Assembly (NCBI GenBank): GCA_035476275.1
Contig: DATILR010000440.1
Span: 1,284-65,283 of the forward strand
Length of the DNA: 64,000 nt
Direction: 5' to 3'
DNA from: Candidatus Binatus sp.
Lineage (GTDB): Bacteria; Desulfobacterota; Binatia; DP-6
The notes beneath the pieces were generated by a model. It was not told where the DNA came from, searched no databases, and saw nothing but the letters and a program-made list of their open reading frames with translations. The position numbers were made by a program, and so were the translations under genes. Of the stretch, positions 1 through 10,043 are shown one piece after another; position 1 is the stretch's first letter; each line of letters starts with the position of its first letter.

Positions 1-296
1 CAGGTTCGGTACTTGAGCCGAGGGAGCGCTGACGCCCCATCGTCGTCGGCACGTGACGTGGCGGCCTCATCTTCGCTCGGCACCGCGCGATCGCACTACC
101 GTCTCGGCTGCGGCAGTGTTGACGGCGTGGCGTCCCGTCGCGACCCGCCGGCTTTCTGAGGCCGTTCGTCCCACCCACGGGGCGCAGATACTCGGCGCGT
201 GCGCTGTCCGGGCTCTGGTCCGGCACTTGCAGCTATCTTTACAACTGCCAGGGTGCGGCGTGTGCATACCGCCCGCCGGGACACGGAGGTGCCGAA

Positions 297-830
297 ATGC
301 GATCACGGAAGTTCGCGGGGCGATTGTGTGACTCTCTTCTCCCCTCCTGCGCCGCGGTGGTCCTGCTGGCCGGCGCGACGTCCGCGGCAACGACCTCGAC
401 AATGGTGATATACCCGACCACGACGAGGCCGCGCTTGACGACCACCACTAGAGCGCACATGACGACCACCACCAGCCCGAGCACGACGACCACCACCATC
501 GGGGTGCCGGTCACCGGCTCGTGCACCACCATCACCGCCTGCGAAACCGCCCTCATGGCGACCTTGCCGAGCCCCACCACCGCGACGAACGGCAAGGAGC
601 GGCGGATCGCGCGCCTCCTCACCCGCCTCGGCAACCGCGCGCTCCACGAGGTCGGCAAAGCCACCTCGGCGAAGGCGTCTCACCAGGCGCGTCTGTTCAA
701 GAAGGCGAATCGAACGCTCGAGCGTATCCGGACCGTGGCGGACAAGGCCGAGGCGAAGGGGAGCCTGAGCGTACCGGTCGGCCCGATTGACGCGGACGTC
801 ACGGCCCTCATGTCTCTGGATCACCCCTAG
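297..830 (+). CDS. Hypothetical secreted Thr-rich protein
   Basis: ATG preceded by GGAGG RBS (about 7 nt spacer). N-terminal hydrophobic signal-like segment, a long Thr-rich low-complexity linker, then a charged C-terminal domain. No recognisable family. Confidence 0.5.
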   Translation: MRSRKFAGRLCDSLLPSCAAVVLLAGATSAATTSTMVIYPTTTRPRLTTTTRAHMTTTTSPSTTTTTIGVPVTGSCTTITACETALMATLPSPTTATNGKERRIARLLTRLGNRALHEVGKATSAKASHQARLFKKANRTLERIRTVADKAEAKGSLSVPVGPIDADVTALMSLDHP

Positions 831-1160
831 ACGGGCACGCTCCCGCGGCTCGTCGAGCGGCGCTGCTTACGGAATAGATCGTACTCCGGCTTGCGGGCGA
901 GGCGGCCTGCCGCACCGCCCGCACCCGGTGTGTAGCGGCCGCTGCTGTTCCGGCTGACGAGCTTCCACGTCGGCCAACTTCTCCCGCTCATGGTCGCGGC
1001 GGCCGGTCGACGGCTTGGCGCCGTGGCGGCCAACGTCTCCAGTGCGTCCGCGCGCTGAGGCACGCGGCCGGGCTCAAGGCTTTTTGCCGCAGGAGAAGCG
1101 CCGAAAAAAGGCCTGCATCCGGAAGCGTGCTGTTGGTACTGCCCTTGCTTTGGGCGTCAG

Positions 1161-4100
1161 ATGAGACGCGCCCTCACGCTGTCGCTCGCGCACCCTGCGC
1201 TGGTGATCGCCCTCACGGCGGCCTTCGCCGTCGGAGGCACGATCGCCTTCTGGCGCCTGCCCATCGAGGCCTTTCCGGAGCTCGCCGATCCCCAGGTACA
1301 GGTGATTACGCTCTTCCCGGGGCATGCGGCCGAGGAGGTGGAGCGGCAGGTGACGCTCGCGATCGAGCGCGAGATGAACGGCCTCCCGGGGCTGACCCGC
1401 GTGCACTCCTTCTCGCTCTTTGGCCTCTCCTACGTGGCCCTCACATTCGAGGACGGCACCGACCTCTACTTCGCCCGCCAGCAGGTGAGCGAACGACTGG
1501 CGCAGGTCGACGTCCCCGAGGGCATCAGGCCGACGCTCGGGCCCCTCTCCACCCCGAGCGGCGAGATCTATCGTTACACGCTGGTCGGAGACGCCTACTC
1601 GCCGATGCAGCTGCGCGAGATCGAGGACTGGGTGATGGAGCGGCATCTGAAGCAGGTGCCGGGGGTCGCCGACGTGGTCTCCTTCGGTGGCTTCGTGAAG
1701 CAGTACCAGGTGCAGGTCGATCCGCAGCAGCTCGAGGCGCACGGCGTCACGCTGCGGCAAGTGTTCGACGCGCTCGCGCGCTCCAACGCCAATGCGGGCG
1801 GCAACTACATCGAGCACGGCGAGGAGCAGTACATCGTGCGCGGGCTCGGCACGCTCGGCCGCGCCGAGGACATCGAGGAGGTCGTCGTAGCCGCGCGCGG
1901 CGGGACGCCGATCCGCATCCGCGACGTCGCCCGGGTCGCCGTCGGCGCCGCACCTCGCCGCGGCATCGTCACGCGCGACCGCGAGCCCGAGGCGGTCGAG
2001 GGCATCGTCCTCATGCGACGAGGCGAGAATCCCTCGACGGTCTTGGCGGCGCTCCGGGCGAAGGTCGAGCAGCTGAACCACGACATCCTGCCCGCCGGCG
2101 TCCACATCGACACGTTCTACGATCGGACTCACCTGGTGCGGCGGACGCTCGTCACGGTGACGCACAACCTCGTGGTCGGTGCGGTGCTGGTCGTGCTCGT
2201 GGTGGGCGTCTTCCTCATGAGCGTGCGAGCGGCAGCGCTGGTGGCGCTCGTGATCCCCCTCTCGCTGCTCGGCGCCTTTCTCTACTTGAAGCTGCGCGGC
2301 ATGTCGGCGAATCTGCTCTCCCTCGGCGCCGTCGACTTCGGGATCATCGTGGACGGCGCCGTCATCATGGTGGAGCACGTGGTGCGCCGGCTGACGGCGG
2401 TCGCCGGCCCGTCCGAGCGCCGATCCGCGGTGCAGGAGGCGGCCAGCGAGGTGGCGCGGCCGACGGTATTCGCGCTCTCGATCATCATCGTCGCCTACCT
2501 TCCGATCTTCACACTGCAACGGGTGGAGGGCCGCATCTTCGCTCCGATGGCGAACACGGTGTGCGCCGCGCTGGTCGCCGCGCTGATCTTGTCGTTCACC
2601 CTGGTTCCCCTGCTCGCCTTGCTCGTCCTGAAGGGCGCGCCCGGCAGCGCCGAGACCCCCATCGAGATCGCCGCCCTTCGAGCCTACCGTCCCACCCTGC
2701 GCTGGGCGTTGGCGCACGGGCGAGTTGTGCTGGCCACGACCGGGCTCGTGCTCGCGCTCGGAGTCTGGCTCGCGACACGCCTCGGCACGGAGTTCTTGCC
2801 CGAGCTGAACGAGGGCGCGCTCTACGTGACGGCGACGCTGCCGCCCAGCATCGCGCTCAGCCAGGCGGCGCGGATCGTCGTACCTCGCATCCGGGATACG
2901 TTCCTCGCCTTCCCCGAGGTGCGCGGCATTCTCGGCCAGCTCGGTGCCCCGGAGGACGGGACCGATTGGAAGACCGCCAACAACCTGGAGTACTTCGTCG
3001 ACCTGAAGCCGCGCGAGGAGTGGCCGCCGGGCGTGACCACCGATCGCCTCGTCGCGGCCGTGCAGGAGCGCCTCGCCGACCTTCCCGGCGTCGACATCAA
3101 CTTCTCCCAACCGATCAAGGACAACATCGAGGAGAACATCTCCGGCCTGAAGGGCCAGCTGGCAGTGAAGCTCTTCGGTGACGACCTGGACACGCTTCAC
3201 CGGACCGCGGCGGAGGTGAAGCGAGTGCTCGAGGGCGTGCGCGGCGTCGCGGACCTGGCGGTGACGCAGGCCGACGAGCTCCCGCAGGTCCACATCGTCG
3301 TCGACCGCACGGCAGTCGCGCGCTACGGGCTCAACATCGCCGACGTGGAGGACGTGGTCGAGACGGCGATCGGCGGTAAGGCGGCGACCACCTTGTGGGA
3401 GGGCGAGCGCCACTTCGACGTCGTGGTGCGGCTCGCGGAGGCGTCGCGGGCGAGCCTCGACCGCATCCCCGACATCCGGGTCGCGACCCCCGACGGCGCG
3501 CAGGTCCCGCTCGCGCAGCTCGCCCGGGTCACGGTGGCGCCCGGGCAGTCCTCGATCACGCGTGAGGCGAACCAACGCTTCGTCGGCATCAAGTGCAACG
3601 TGCGCGGGCGCGACTTCGGCGGCTTTGTCACCGAGGCCCAGCGGCGGGTGGCCGCGGCGGTGACGCTGCCGGCAAACGCCTTTCTCACCTGGGGCGGCGA
3701 GTTCGAGAACCAGCGCCGCGCCATGGCGCGGCTGGCGATCATCATCCCGGTCTCGATCGCTCTCATCCTGGCCATTCTCGTTCGGACCTTCGGCTCCCTA
3801 GGCTGCGCCCTCCTGATCCTCGCGACCATTCCGTTCGCGCTGGTGGGCGGGGTGGTAGGGCTCGACCTGGCAGGGCTCAACCTGAGCGTCTCGGCCTGCA
3901 TCGGGTTCATCGCGCTCATGGGCCAAGTGGTGCTGAACGGCGTGGTGCTCGTGTCCCAGATCAACCGCCTGCGGAGCGAGGGGCTGGGGGTGCGAGCGGC
4001 GGTCGAGCTCGGCGCGACGCGGCGTCTCCGGGCGGTGCTGATGACCGCGCTGCTGGCCGCGCTCGGGCTATTGCCGGCGGCGGTGTCGACCCAGATCGGG

Positions 4101-4280
4101 TCGGAGACCCAGCGGCCGCTCGCGGTGGTGGTGATCGGCGGGCTCGTCTCGGCGACCGTGCTCACGCTGCTCGTGCTGCCCGTCCTCTACGTCGTCGTCT
4201 TCCGCGAACGCACCGGGCGCTCCCAGCTGCGCATTCTCCTCCGCCGGCAGGATTCCCTACCCGGGGCAGACGTCGCCTGA
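1161..4280 (+). CDS. Heavy-metal efflux RND transporter permease (CusA/CzcA HME-RND family), 1039 aa
   Basis: Full-length 12-TM RND permease. The N-terminus (MRRALTLSLAHPALVIALT...FPELADPQVQV) and overall architecture are typical of CzcA/CusA. No membrane-fusion or outer-membrane-factor gene is adjacent. Confidence 0.93.
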   Translation: MRRALTLSLAHPALVIALTAAFAVGGTIAFWRLPIEAFPELADPQVQVITLFPGHAAEEVERQVTLAIEREMNGLPGLTRVHSFSLFGLSYVALTFEDGTDLYFARQQVSERLAQVDVPEGIRPTLGPLSTPSGEIYRYTLVGDAYSPMQLREIEDWVMERHLKQVPGVADVVSFGGFVKQYQVQVDPQQLEAHGVTLRQVFDALARSNANAGGNYIEHGEEQYIVRGLGTLGRAEDIEEVVVAARGGTPIRIRDVARVAVGAAPRRGIVTRDREPEAVEGIVLMRRGENPSTVLAALRAKVEQLNHDILPAGVHIDTFYDRTHLVRRTLVTVTHNLVVGAVLVVLVVGVFLMSVRAAALVALVIPLSLLGAFLYLKLRGMSANLLSLGAVDFGIIVDGAVIMVEHVVRRLTAVAGPSERRSAVQEAASEVARPTVFALSIIIVAYLPIFTLQRVEGRIFAPMANTVCAALVAALILSFTLVPLLALLVLKGAPGSAETPIEIAALRAYRPTLRWALAHGRVVLATTGLVLALGVWLATRLGTEFLPELNEGALYVTATLPPSIALSQAARIVVPRIRDTFLAFPEVRGILGQLGAPEDGTDWKTANNLEYFVDLKPREEWPPGVTTDRLVAAVQERLADLPGVDINFSQPIKDNIEENISGLKGQLAVKLFGDDLDTLHRTAAEVKRVLEGVRGVADLAVTQADELPQVHIVVDRTAVARYGLNIADVEDVVETAIGGKAATTLWEGERHFDVVVRLAEASRASLDRIPDIRVATPDGAQVPLAQLARVTVAPGQSSITREANQRFVGIKCNVRGRDFGGFVTEAQRRVAAAVTLPANAFLTWGGEFENQRRAMARLAIIIPVSIALILAILVRTFGSLGCALLILATIPFALVGGVVGLDLAGLNLSVSACIGFIALMGQVVLNGVVLVSQINRLRSEGLGVRAAVELGATRRLRAVLMTALLAALGLLPAAVSTQIGSETQRPLAVVVIGGLVSATVLTLLVLPVLYVVVFRERTGRSQLRILLRRQDSLPGADVA

Positions 4281-4475
4281 AGTTCCGGGGACCCAGGGCG
4301 CTCGGGCCTCCCGTCGTGGCGTTCCCGACACGAGGCCCACGAGGTGTATATCCGAGGCTGTGTACCTGGTGTGGGGGGCTGGTCTCGTCGACCTCACGCC
4401 CCGAGCAGCTCGACTTTTACAGAGGGGTCTCCCTGTCCAATTCGAGACTTCACACTGGAAGAAGGAGGGTCTGTC

Positions 4476-5165
4476 ATGCACGAGATGGGACTGTTCGAGG
4501 CGATGTACTCGGCGCGGGCACTCCGCCGGATGAAACCCGATCCCGTGCCGCAGGAGATCATCACGGAAATCCTCGACGCGGCGATCCGAGCGCCTTCGGC
4601 GGGCAACTCGCAATTGTGGGCGTTCCTCGTGGTGCGCGACGCGGAGCAGCGGCGACAGTTGGGGCTGCTCTACCGCAAAGGCTCCGACATCGCGAAGGCG
4701 GTCTACCAGGCGCGCGGTCGTCCTCCGCACATGACCGAGGAGCAGTATCAGCGGATGATGAAATCCGGCGCGTACCTGTGGGATCACATGGGCGACGCGC
4801 CCGTGCTGCTGGTGCCGTGCATGCGCGACCGCCCGACGCCCGACCGCGAGGCCCTGCCGCGCGACCTGCGGGCGCTCTACGAGGAGGAGCTTGCCTACAG
4901 TAGTCGCATTCGCGGTGCGAGCATCTACCCCGCGGTGCAGAACATCATCCTCGCCTGCCGCGCCTGGGGCCTCGCCACGTTGATCACCACCAATCACCTG
5001 CGTTGCGAGGTCGAGGTCAAGGCCTTGCTCGGACTCCCCGACGACGTGTTCACCTATGCGCTCATGCCAATCGGTTATCCCGAGGGCAGGTTCGGCCCGC
5101 TCGCGCGGCGGCCGGTGAACGAAGTGGCCTATGCGGACAGGTGGGGTACCGCCTGGCCGGGTTGA
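4476..5165 (+). CDS. Nitroreductase family protein
   Basis: Nitroreductase-fold motifs (ARALRRMKPDPVP...AIRAPSAGNSQLWAF). Start chosen at the ATG after a GGAGGG RBS; the longer upstream ORF extension lacks an RBS. Confidence 0.85.
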   Translation: MHEMGLFEAMYSARALRRMKPDPVPQEIITEILDAAIRAPSAGNSQLWAFLVVRDAEQRRQLGLLYRKGSDIAKAVYQARGRPPHMTEEQYQRMMKSGAYLWDHMGDAPVLLVPCMRDRPTPDREALPRDLRALYEEELAYSSRIRGASIYPAVQNIILACRAWGLATLITTNHLRCEVEVKALLGLPDDVFTYALMPIGYPEGRFGPLARRPVNEVAYADRWGTAWPG

Positions 5166-5240
5166 GGGTCGGCGGTTGCATCCGCGACCGCGCGTCGTGC
5201 GTAGGGAGGGCGGGCGATGCATGCCCGAAGGAGGTCTACG

Positions 5241-5609
5241 ATGAGTCTCTCTCGACGCTTCCTGCTCGCCAGCGTGCTGCCCGTGGTACTCGCCAAGGCG
5301 GCTTACGCGACGACTATCTCCACCCCATCAGTGATCCCCGACGACAACGGTACCTTCTTTTGTCTGGTGACGAACGTGAGCGCCAAGACGCTCGACATTC
5401 AGATCGACGTCTTCGATATGAACGGGGGAACGTCCGGGCATTTCGGGTTCGTCACCCCGCCACTCGCAACACGAGCCGCGCTCGGCCACGGCGCGTCCGG
5501 CGATCGCTTCTGCCAAGTCACGGTTGACGGCGGCAGAAACACGATCCGGGCCTCAGTCGAGGTGCTGTCGAGCACCTCTGCGATCGAGGCTGTCTATCCG
5601 GTACCGTAG
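5241..5609 (+). CDS. Hypothetical small secreted protein (123 aa)
   Basis: Strong AAGGAGG RBS 6 nt upstream of ATG. N-terminal signal peptide (MSLSRRFLLASVLPVVLAKAAYA). No recognisable domain. Confidence 0.5.
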   Translation: MSLSRRFLLASVLPVVLAKAAYATTISTPSVIPDDNGTFFCLVTNVSAKTLDIQIDVFDMNGGTSGHFGFVTPPLATRAALGHGASGDRFCQVTVDGGRNTIRASVEVLSSTSAIEAVYPVP

Positions 5610-5649
5610 GAATCGGTCGTCCCTCTGACGACCTGGGCCGCGCCTGAGG

Positions 5650-6243
5650 CTAGCTGCTCCCGGCCGGCACCGGCTTGCAGGCGTGGAAGCGGACCCGCTC
5701 GCCCCAGGCGTCGCTGGCCCGCTCGACCGAGACGTCGACGAAGCCGGCGGCTTCCAGCCGGAGGCCCAGCGTGGCCGGGTCGACGGGCACAAAGACGTCG
5801 TCGACGTGGCCCTGGCGGACGGCGTCGGAGTCAATGGAGTCGGTGCCAATGAGGATGCCGCCGGGCCGCAGGACGCGGCATACCTCCGCGAACAGCCGGT
5901 CCTGCAGCTCGGGCGAGGGCACGTGGTGGAGCATGGTGAAACACGTCGCCGCCGAGAAGCGGTCGGTGGCCAGGCCCGAGTCGGTGGCGTCGGCGTGCAC
6001 GACCTCGACGTTCGTTCCCGCTAGCCGATTGGCCAGGGCCGCGGCGAGGTCGCCGTCCACCTCCACCGCCGTGAGCGCGGCCACCTGCCGGCGGAGCACG
6101 TCGGTGGTGAGCCCCGGCCCCGGGCCGACCTCCAGCACGTCGTCGCCCAGATCGGTTGCCCCGAGCACCCACGGGAGCAGCTCGGTCTCGAGGTAGTTGG
6201 CCCACCACGGGCTGGCCAGAAATTCGAGATGCGCCCGGTTCAT
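5650..6243 (-). CDS. Class I SAM-dependent methyltransferase
   Basis: Glycine-rich SAM motif (VLEVGPGPGLTT) and methyltransferase type-11-like layout. Confidence 0.85.
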   Translation of the reverse strand: MNRAHLEFLASPWWANYLETELLPWVLGATDLGDDVLEVGPGPGLTTDVLRRQVAALTAVEVDGDLAAALANRLAGTNVEVVHADATDSGLATDRFSAATCFTMLHHVPSPELQDRLFAEVCRVLRPGGILIGTDSIDSDAVRQGHVDDVFVPVDPATLGLRLEAAGFVDVSVERASDAWGERVRFHACKPVPAGSS

Positions 6244-6664
6244 GACGGAAACTGAACACAGCTCGATCTGCTGGACAAGGGCTTCACCAAGCGCACCACC
6301 CCGCCCCTGGTATCCTGCTCGTTGTCGATGACGAGAGGGGGAGCGGGGCGGTGCTGGTGGAAACGAGCCTCAGGAAGGGGCTCGGGCTCTAAGCAGCGAT
6401 AGGCAGGGGCGCTGCGGGAAGCCGCCCAGATCGAGGCGCGCGGCGCCGGGGAGCAGGCGAAAATCGCCGGCCCCCGCGTCGCAGAGTGATCCGCCGCTAG
6501 GCCGCAGGGCATACCCCCCGCACTTGTTCATCCTCAGTCGGAAATGACCGAACAACTGACCGGACCAATATTAGGGGGGTCGCCCCTCAGTGCGAACGTA
6601 TGTGGGGCGTGGGCCTTCTGCAGCGACGACTGGTAGAAGACGCGGAGGAAGGGAGGACAAAGCC

Positions 6665-6928
6665 GTGCACAAGATCTGGGGATATGCCGCTCTCCTGCTC
6701 CTCGCCGGGGCGCTACCAGCGCGGGCAGCGAGGTGCCCATCGCTCGCCGACATCCAGCTCGCCGCGGAGCAGGCCTGCCGGCAGGTGCAGTTCACCTGCA
6801 TGCCGCAATTGAAGTGCGAGGTGCCGCCGGAGCCACAGATCGTGTGCGCACCGCGGCACTGCCGGGTGAAAGCTGGAGTCGAGGTGTGCAGGGGCTGCAT
6901 GGTCGTCCGGCCGCTCCCGACGCCGTAG
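6665..6928 (+). CDS. Hypothetical small cysteine-rich secreted protein (87 aa, 8 Cys)
   Basis: GTG start after a GGAGGA RBS. Signal peptide (KIWGYAALLLLAGALPARAARC) followed by a Cys-rich mature region. Confidence 0.45.
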   Translation: MHKIWGYAALLLLAGALPARAARCPSLADIQLAAEQACRQVQFTCMPQLKCEVPPEPQIVCAPRHCRVKAGVEVCRGCMVVRPLPTP

Positions 6929-7187
6929 GAAAGCGCCGTTCGGAGCCCACCACGGGCGTTACTTGGGCGGCGACTTCGCAGGCGCAGCTCGCGCTCCTCG
7001 GTGCAGATGATGAAACCTCCGCGCCATGAGGACCAGGCGCGGCAGGCGCCGTAGCCTCGCCAACCGCTCCGCGGCGGGACACACCTCTACGAAGCTAACG
7101 CTCGATACCTACGGGCGCTGGTTGCCGGCGCGCTCGACGGCCGCCTCGAACGCCGTCTCCGCGCCAAGTGACTACGTGATTTTGGAA

Positions 7188-7263
7188 GGTGCGCCCAGGG
7201 TGATTCGAACACCCGACCTTCTGATTCGTAGTCAGACGCTCTATCCAACTGAGCTATGGGCGC
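7188..7263 (-). tRNA. tRNA-Arg (anticodon ACG)
   Basis: Reverse complement folds as a cloverleaf: acceptor stem GCGCCCA/TGGGCGC, anticodon stem TCTGA/TCAGA with loop CTACGAA, T-loop GGTGTTCGAATCACC. CCA is not fully encoded. Confidence 0.9.
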
Positions 7264-7575
7264 GCGGTGAGAAGCGCCTTGTACTTGCTCGACTTTCGCC
7301 GGTCAACCGAGCGCCGCTCCACCGACTTTCGCCTCCTCGCCCGTCTGATTGTCCGCCTTCTGTCCGTGTTCGCCCTCCGTCACCTCCTTCCGAGCGCGGC
7401 GGGCGCCCTCGAGTCGACGTGGGCGGAGGAAGCAGGCGCTGTAAAACGCCTTCCGATGAAGGCTGCGTCGCTGCTGTTACAGCAGCGCGCCGGCGAATGG
7501 CGCGCCGTCCTCAAGGAGACCCTTCACCGGCTTCCCCTCCCAAGAGACGACCGGCGACCCGCGCCGGCTCGTGCA

Positions 7576-8382
7576 TCAGCCGTGAAAGCATCTGGCTCTC
7601 GCCAACATCACCTTCAGGACGCCGAGCGCGATGGTCGCCGCCAGAACCAGGGACGCCCACGCGCCGTGGTCGTACTGAACCAGGCGTTCCGCCACGGCGC
7701 GAACCACGCTCACGAGCCGCGCGCCGAGCCTCGCTAGGGCCCACGTCGACAGGGCCGCTCCTACGACCTGCGTCAAGATCGAGAAATAGACGAACGGCGG
7801 CCACGCGGCGAGCAAGCCGATGGCAAGCCCCCACGAGCGCGCACCTGCGCCATGGAGCGGCAACTCCAGGATGTCGAATGGATCCCCTGCGCCAACGAGA
7901 TAGGCCGCGCCCCAGAGCGCTGCCTGGTAGATGCCGAGCACCGCGACGCCGCCGGTGAACACCCGGGCGAATCGGCAAAGGAATGCCGGGGCGCGCGTGT
8001 CCTCTACCAGCCAGCGCACGAGCGTCAGTCCGCCGAGCCTGTTCACGACCCCGAGGGACAGGAGACTCAGCGCGATGGCCACCCCACAGACCAACACCCC
8101 GAAGCTGCCGATGGTCATGGACTGGCCCGTCCACATCTCGACCGCGATGTCGACGGCGGCCACTAGGAGGAATTCCGCGATTCCGATGAGGAGCAAGCGC
8201 CGCTGACCACGCTCGGATGTCAGGCGCGTGAGATGCTCGAGCGGCCGCCGAGATTCGAGCTGCCGAACGAGGCGCTGGAGGAACTCCGGCAGGCCTCCTT
8301 GTCGACCACGGCGCAGCAGGAGATCGCTGGCCTTGAACGCGTTCAGGATGACGCCGGCGGCGAGGAGGGCGTCGAGGATCAC
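7576..8382 (-). CDS. Hypothetical integral membrane protein
   Basis: 268-aa ORF with several hydrophobic helices. No recognisable family. Confidence 0.45.
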   Translation of the reverse strand: MILDALLAAGVILNAFKASDLLLRRGRQGGLPEFLQRLVRQLESRRPLEHLTRLTSERGQRRLLLIGIAEFLLVAAVDIAVEMWTGQSMTIGSFGVLVCGVAIALSLLSLGVVNRLGGLTLVRWLVEDTRAPAFLCRFARVFTGGVAVLGIYQAALWGAAYLVGAGDPFDILELPLHGAGARSWGLAIGLLAAWPPFVYFSILTQVVGAALSTWALARLGARLVSVVRAVAERLVQYDHGAWASLVLAATIALGVLKVMLARARCFHG

Positions 8383-8606
8383 GTCTTCACGGAGCCCGGC
8401 GTTAGGCCGGCGAGGCCGGTGTCGTTCTCAGCCACGCACCGGAGACACGTCATACCGGAGCCCCCAAGCAGCCTCGTCGGTGAAGCTCGGAACGGTGAGC
8501 CGAGGGTAACTGCCCGGGTCTGGCGTGGTCAACGACACGGCTTGAGTGTCTTGTACTGCGCCTGCGTCTCGACCGCGGTGACTCCCATGCGGTAGGCTTT
8601 GCCACC

Positions 8607-8990
8607 ATGGACCTCCGCGGAAGCTGCAACGGGTGCGGCGCGTGCTGCAAGGTGCTCGTCCTCGAGCAGTCTCCCGAGGACATTCGGCAGATGGCGGCCC
8701 TGACGCGCGTCCTCGGCATCCCGTCGGACCACATCTTCGCAGCCGAGCACTGGCGGCCGATCACGCGCAACGAGGCGATGCGCCTCAATCCTTTCTACGC
8801 GAGCCGCCTGCGTCCCGACGCGCACCTCTACTCGTGCGCCAAGCTGGGTGCCGATGGGCGCTGCACGGTGTACGAGGAGCGGCCCCTCGTCTGCCGCGGG
8901 TATCCCTGGTACGACCAGCCGCCCCGCGACATGCCGCTCGCAGATGCGGAATGCGGCTACGACGTCGACCTGCCCCGCCGCACGCGGTGA
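8607..8990 (+). CDS. YkgJ-family cysteine-cluster (putative Fe-S or Zn binding) protein
   Basis: CxxCxxCC signature (CNGCGACC) near the N-terminus, typical of the UPF0153/YkgJ domain. Confidence 0.75.
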   Translation: MDLRGSCNGCGACCKVLVLEQSPEDIRQMAALTRVLGIPSDHIFAAEHWRPITRNEAMRLNPFYASRLRPDAHLYSCAKLGADGRCTVYEERPLVCRGYPWYDQPPRDMPLADAECGYDVDLPRRTR

Positions 8991-9166
8991 GGTTGCGAAG
9001 ACACGATCAGTGTCGGAGGCCCTCGGCGCACGAGACATGCTGGGGCTCGAGGATAGCCCGCACCTCCGCTTGGCGCCTACGATCGCACAGCCACCGTGCG
9101 ACGCTCGTGGCGGTGCGCAGCGCGAACGCCTTGCTGCCGTGGCGCTCCGCAATCTTGGGTAGTGGG

Positions 9167-9313
9167 TCAGTTTGAATCCGTGCCCGGCGCCCGCTCCTCC
9201 ACCCGCTCCAGCAACCCGACCAGCTCGATGAGCGTCCAGATTGTGATCCGCCGGCCGCGACGGCGGGCGTCGTCTTTGAGCGTCTGATCGGCGCGCGCGA
9301 AGTTGTAGAACGC
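9167..9313 (-). pseudogene. Transposase C-terminal remnant (about 48 codons, bounded upstream by an in-frame TAG)
   Basis: Minus-strand frame reads AFYNFARADQTLKDDARRRGRRITIWTLIELVGLLE, resembling the conserved FYNF.R.H.TL...W.LEELVGLL tail of DDE transposases/integrases. An in-frame stop immediately upstream means no intact gene. It lies in a locally lower-GC stretch. Confidence 0.35.
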
Positions 9314-9467
9314 CTAGTAGCGCCCGGTCATGTGCTCGTGGTTCACGAGCTTCTATGGCGTCAAACGCGCTGCTGACGTACGATAGACGAGCCCAGACCG
9401 TTCGGTGGCGGTAACTGATCTGCTTGCCCATGTAGGCAGCCGTTCACTCTACAAAGGAGACATGCGA

Positions 9468-9719
9468 ATGGCCGACAAAGAACTGGCGCGCGGCAGGCGC
9501 TGGATGGAAGAGAAGGTGCGGACTCTAGGCTACAGCCCTGCGGGGCTGAGCTGGGGGCCCGAACACGATGATCCGCAAGGCCTCAGGCTGGAGGGCATCC
9601 AGCGAGTTCTGAAGATCGACCGGGCGGATCTGGACGATGCGGCCCAGGGAAAGAGTCCAGCGACCGAAGCGAAGGTGCTTCAGGCGGTGCGCCACTGGCT
9701 AGCGGCGACGCGACGATAG
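9468..9719 (+). CDS. Hypothetical small protein (83 aa)
   Basis: AAGGAG RBS 8 nt upstream of ATG. Lower-GC region. No recognisable family. Confidence 0.4.
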   Translation: MADKELARGRRWMEEKVRTLGYSPAGLSWGPEHDDPQGLRLEGIQRVLKIDRADLDDAAQGKSPATEAKVLQAVRHWLAATRR

Positions 9720-9761
9720 CAGGCAGCGTCGAGGCGGTCCCCGATTCGTCGGAATCAGGGC

Positions 9762-10043
9762 TCAACTGTTCACCGACCTATCAAAGGGGGCCGTGAGCGT
9801 CTCGCCCGTCTCTACGTTGCGGATTCGCAGCTGGCTCTTGTCGATGTACTCGTCAAGTTTGCGTTGGCACTCTCCGAGGGTACTCCGGCCGAATCGAGTG
9901 ATCCAGGGACTGACCGCCCCGGAGCGCATCGCGTCGGTCATTCCCAGACGATAGGCGCGTATCTGTCCCTCAACGGGGTTACGTTCTTCCAGCACCCAAG
10001 CACGCAGTACGCGCGCCTTCTTCAAGCGATCCAAAATTGTCAT
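9762..10043 (-). CDS. Hypothetical small protein (93 aa)
   Basis: Internal ATG (MTILDRLKKARV...) with a G-rich RBS-like sequence upstream. Lower-GC region. No recognisable family. Confidence 0.4.
   Translation of the reverse strand: MTILDRLKKARVLRAWVLEERNPVEGQIRAYRLGMTDAMRSGAVSPWITRFGRSTLGECQRKLDEYIDKSQLRIRNVETGETLTAPFDRSVNS

Noticed and set aside
850-1160. Imperfect inverted repeat AAGGCTTTTT...AAAAAAGGCCT upstream of the RND gene; considered as a terminator or regulatory hairpin
   Set aside because: The arms are not exactly complementary and the spacer is long (about 20 nt). There is no supporting context, so it is too weak to call.
1074-3575. 833-aa minus-strand ORF (plus 684-aa and other ORFs) overlapping the RND permease
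   Set aside because: It is antisense to or out of frame with a confidently identified CzcA/CusA gene. The translation is extremely Arg/Asp/Gly-rich with no domains, which is a typical high-GC antisense artefact.
6244-6664. About 420-bp gap with no convincing ORF; checked for a riboswitch or sRNA
   Set aside because: No motif I can recognise by eye (no T-box, SAM, TPP or cobalamin-like conserved cores) and no clear terminator. Left unannotated.
7026-7958. 310-aa plus ORF running through tRNA-Arg, and 7267-7737 (+)
   Set aside because: Overlaps the tRNA gene. Arg/Pro-rich composition with no RBS or domain support.
8529-9431. 300-aa minus ORF spanning the YkgJ gene and the transposase-remnant region
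   Set aside because: It runs antisense through the YkgJ CxxCxxCC gene. Only a short segment in a different frame carries the transposase-like FYNFAR...LVGLLE tail, which is annotated separately as a pseudogene fragment.
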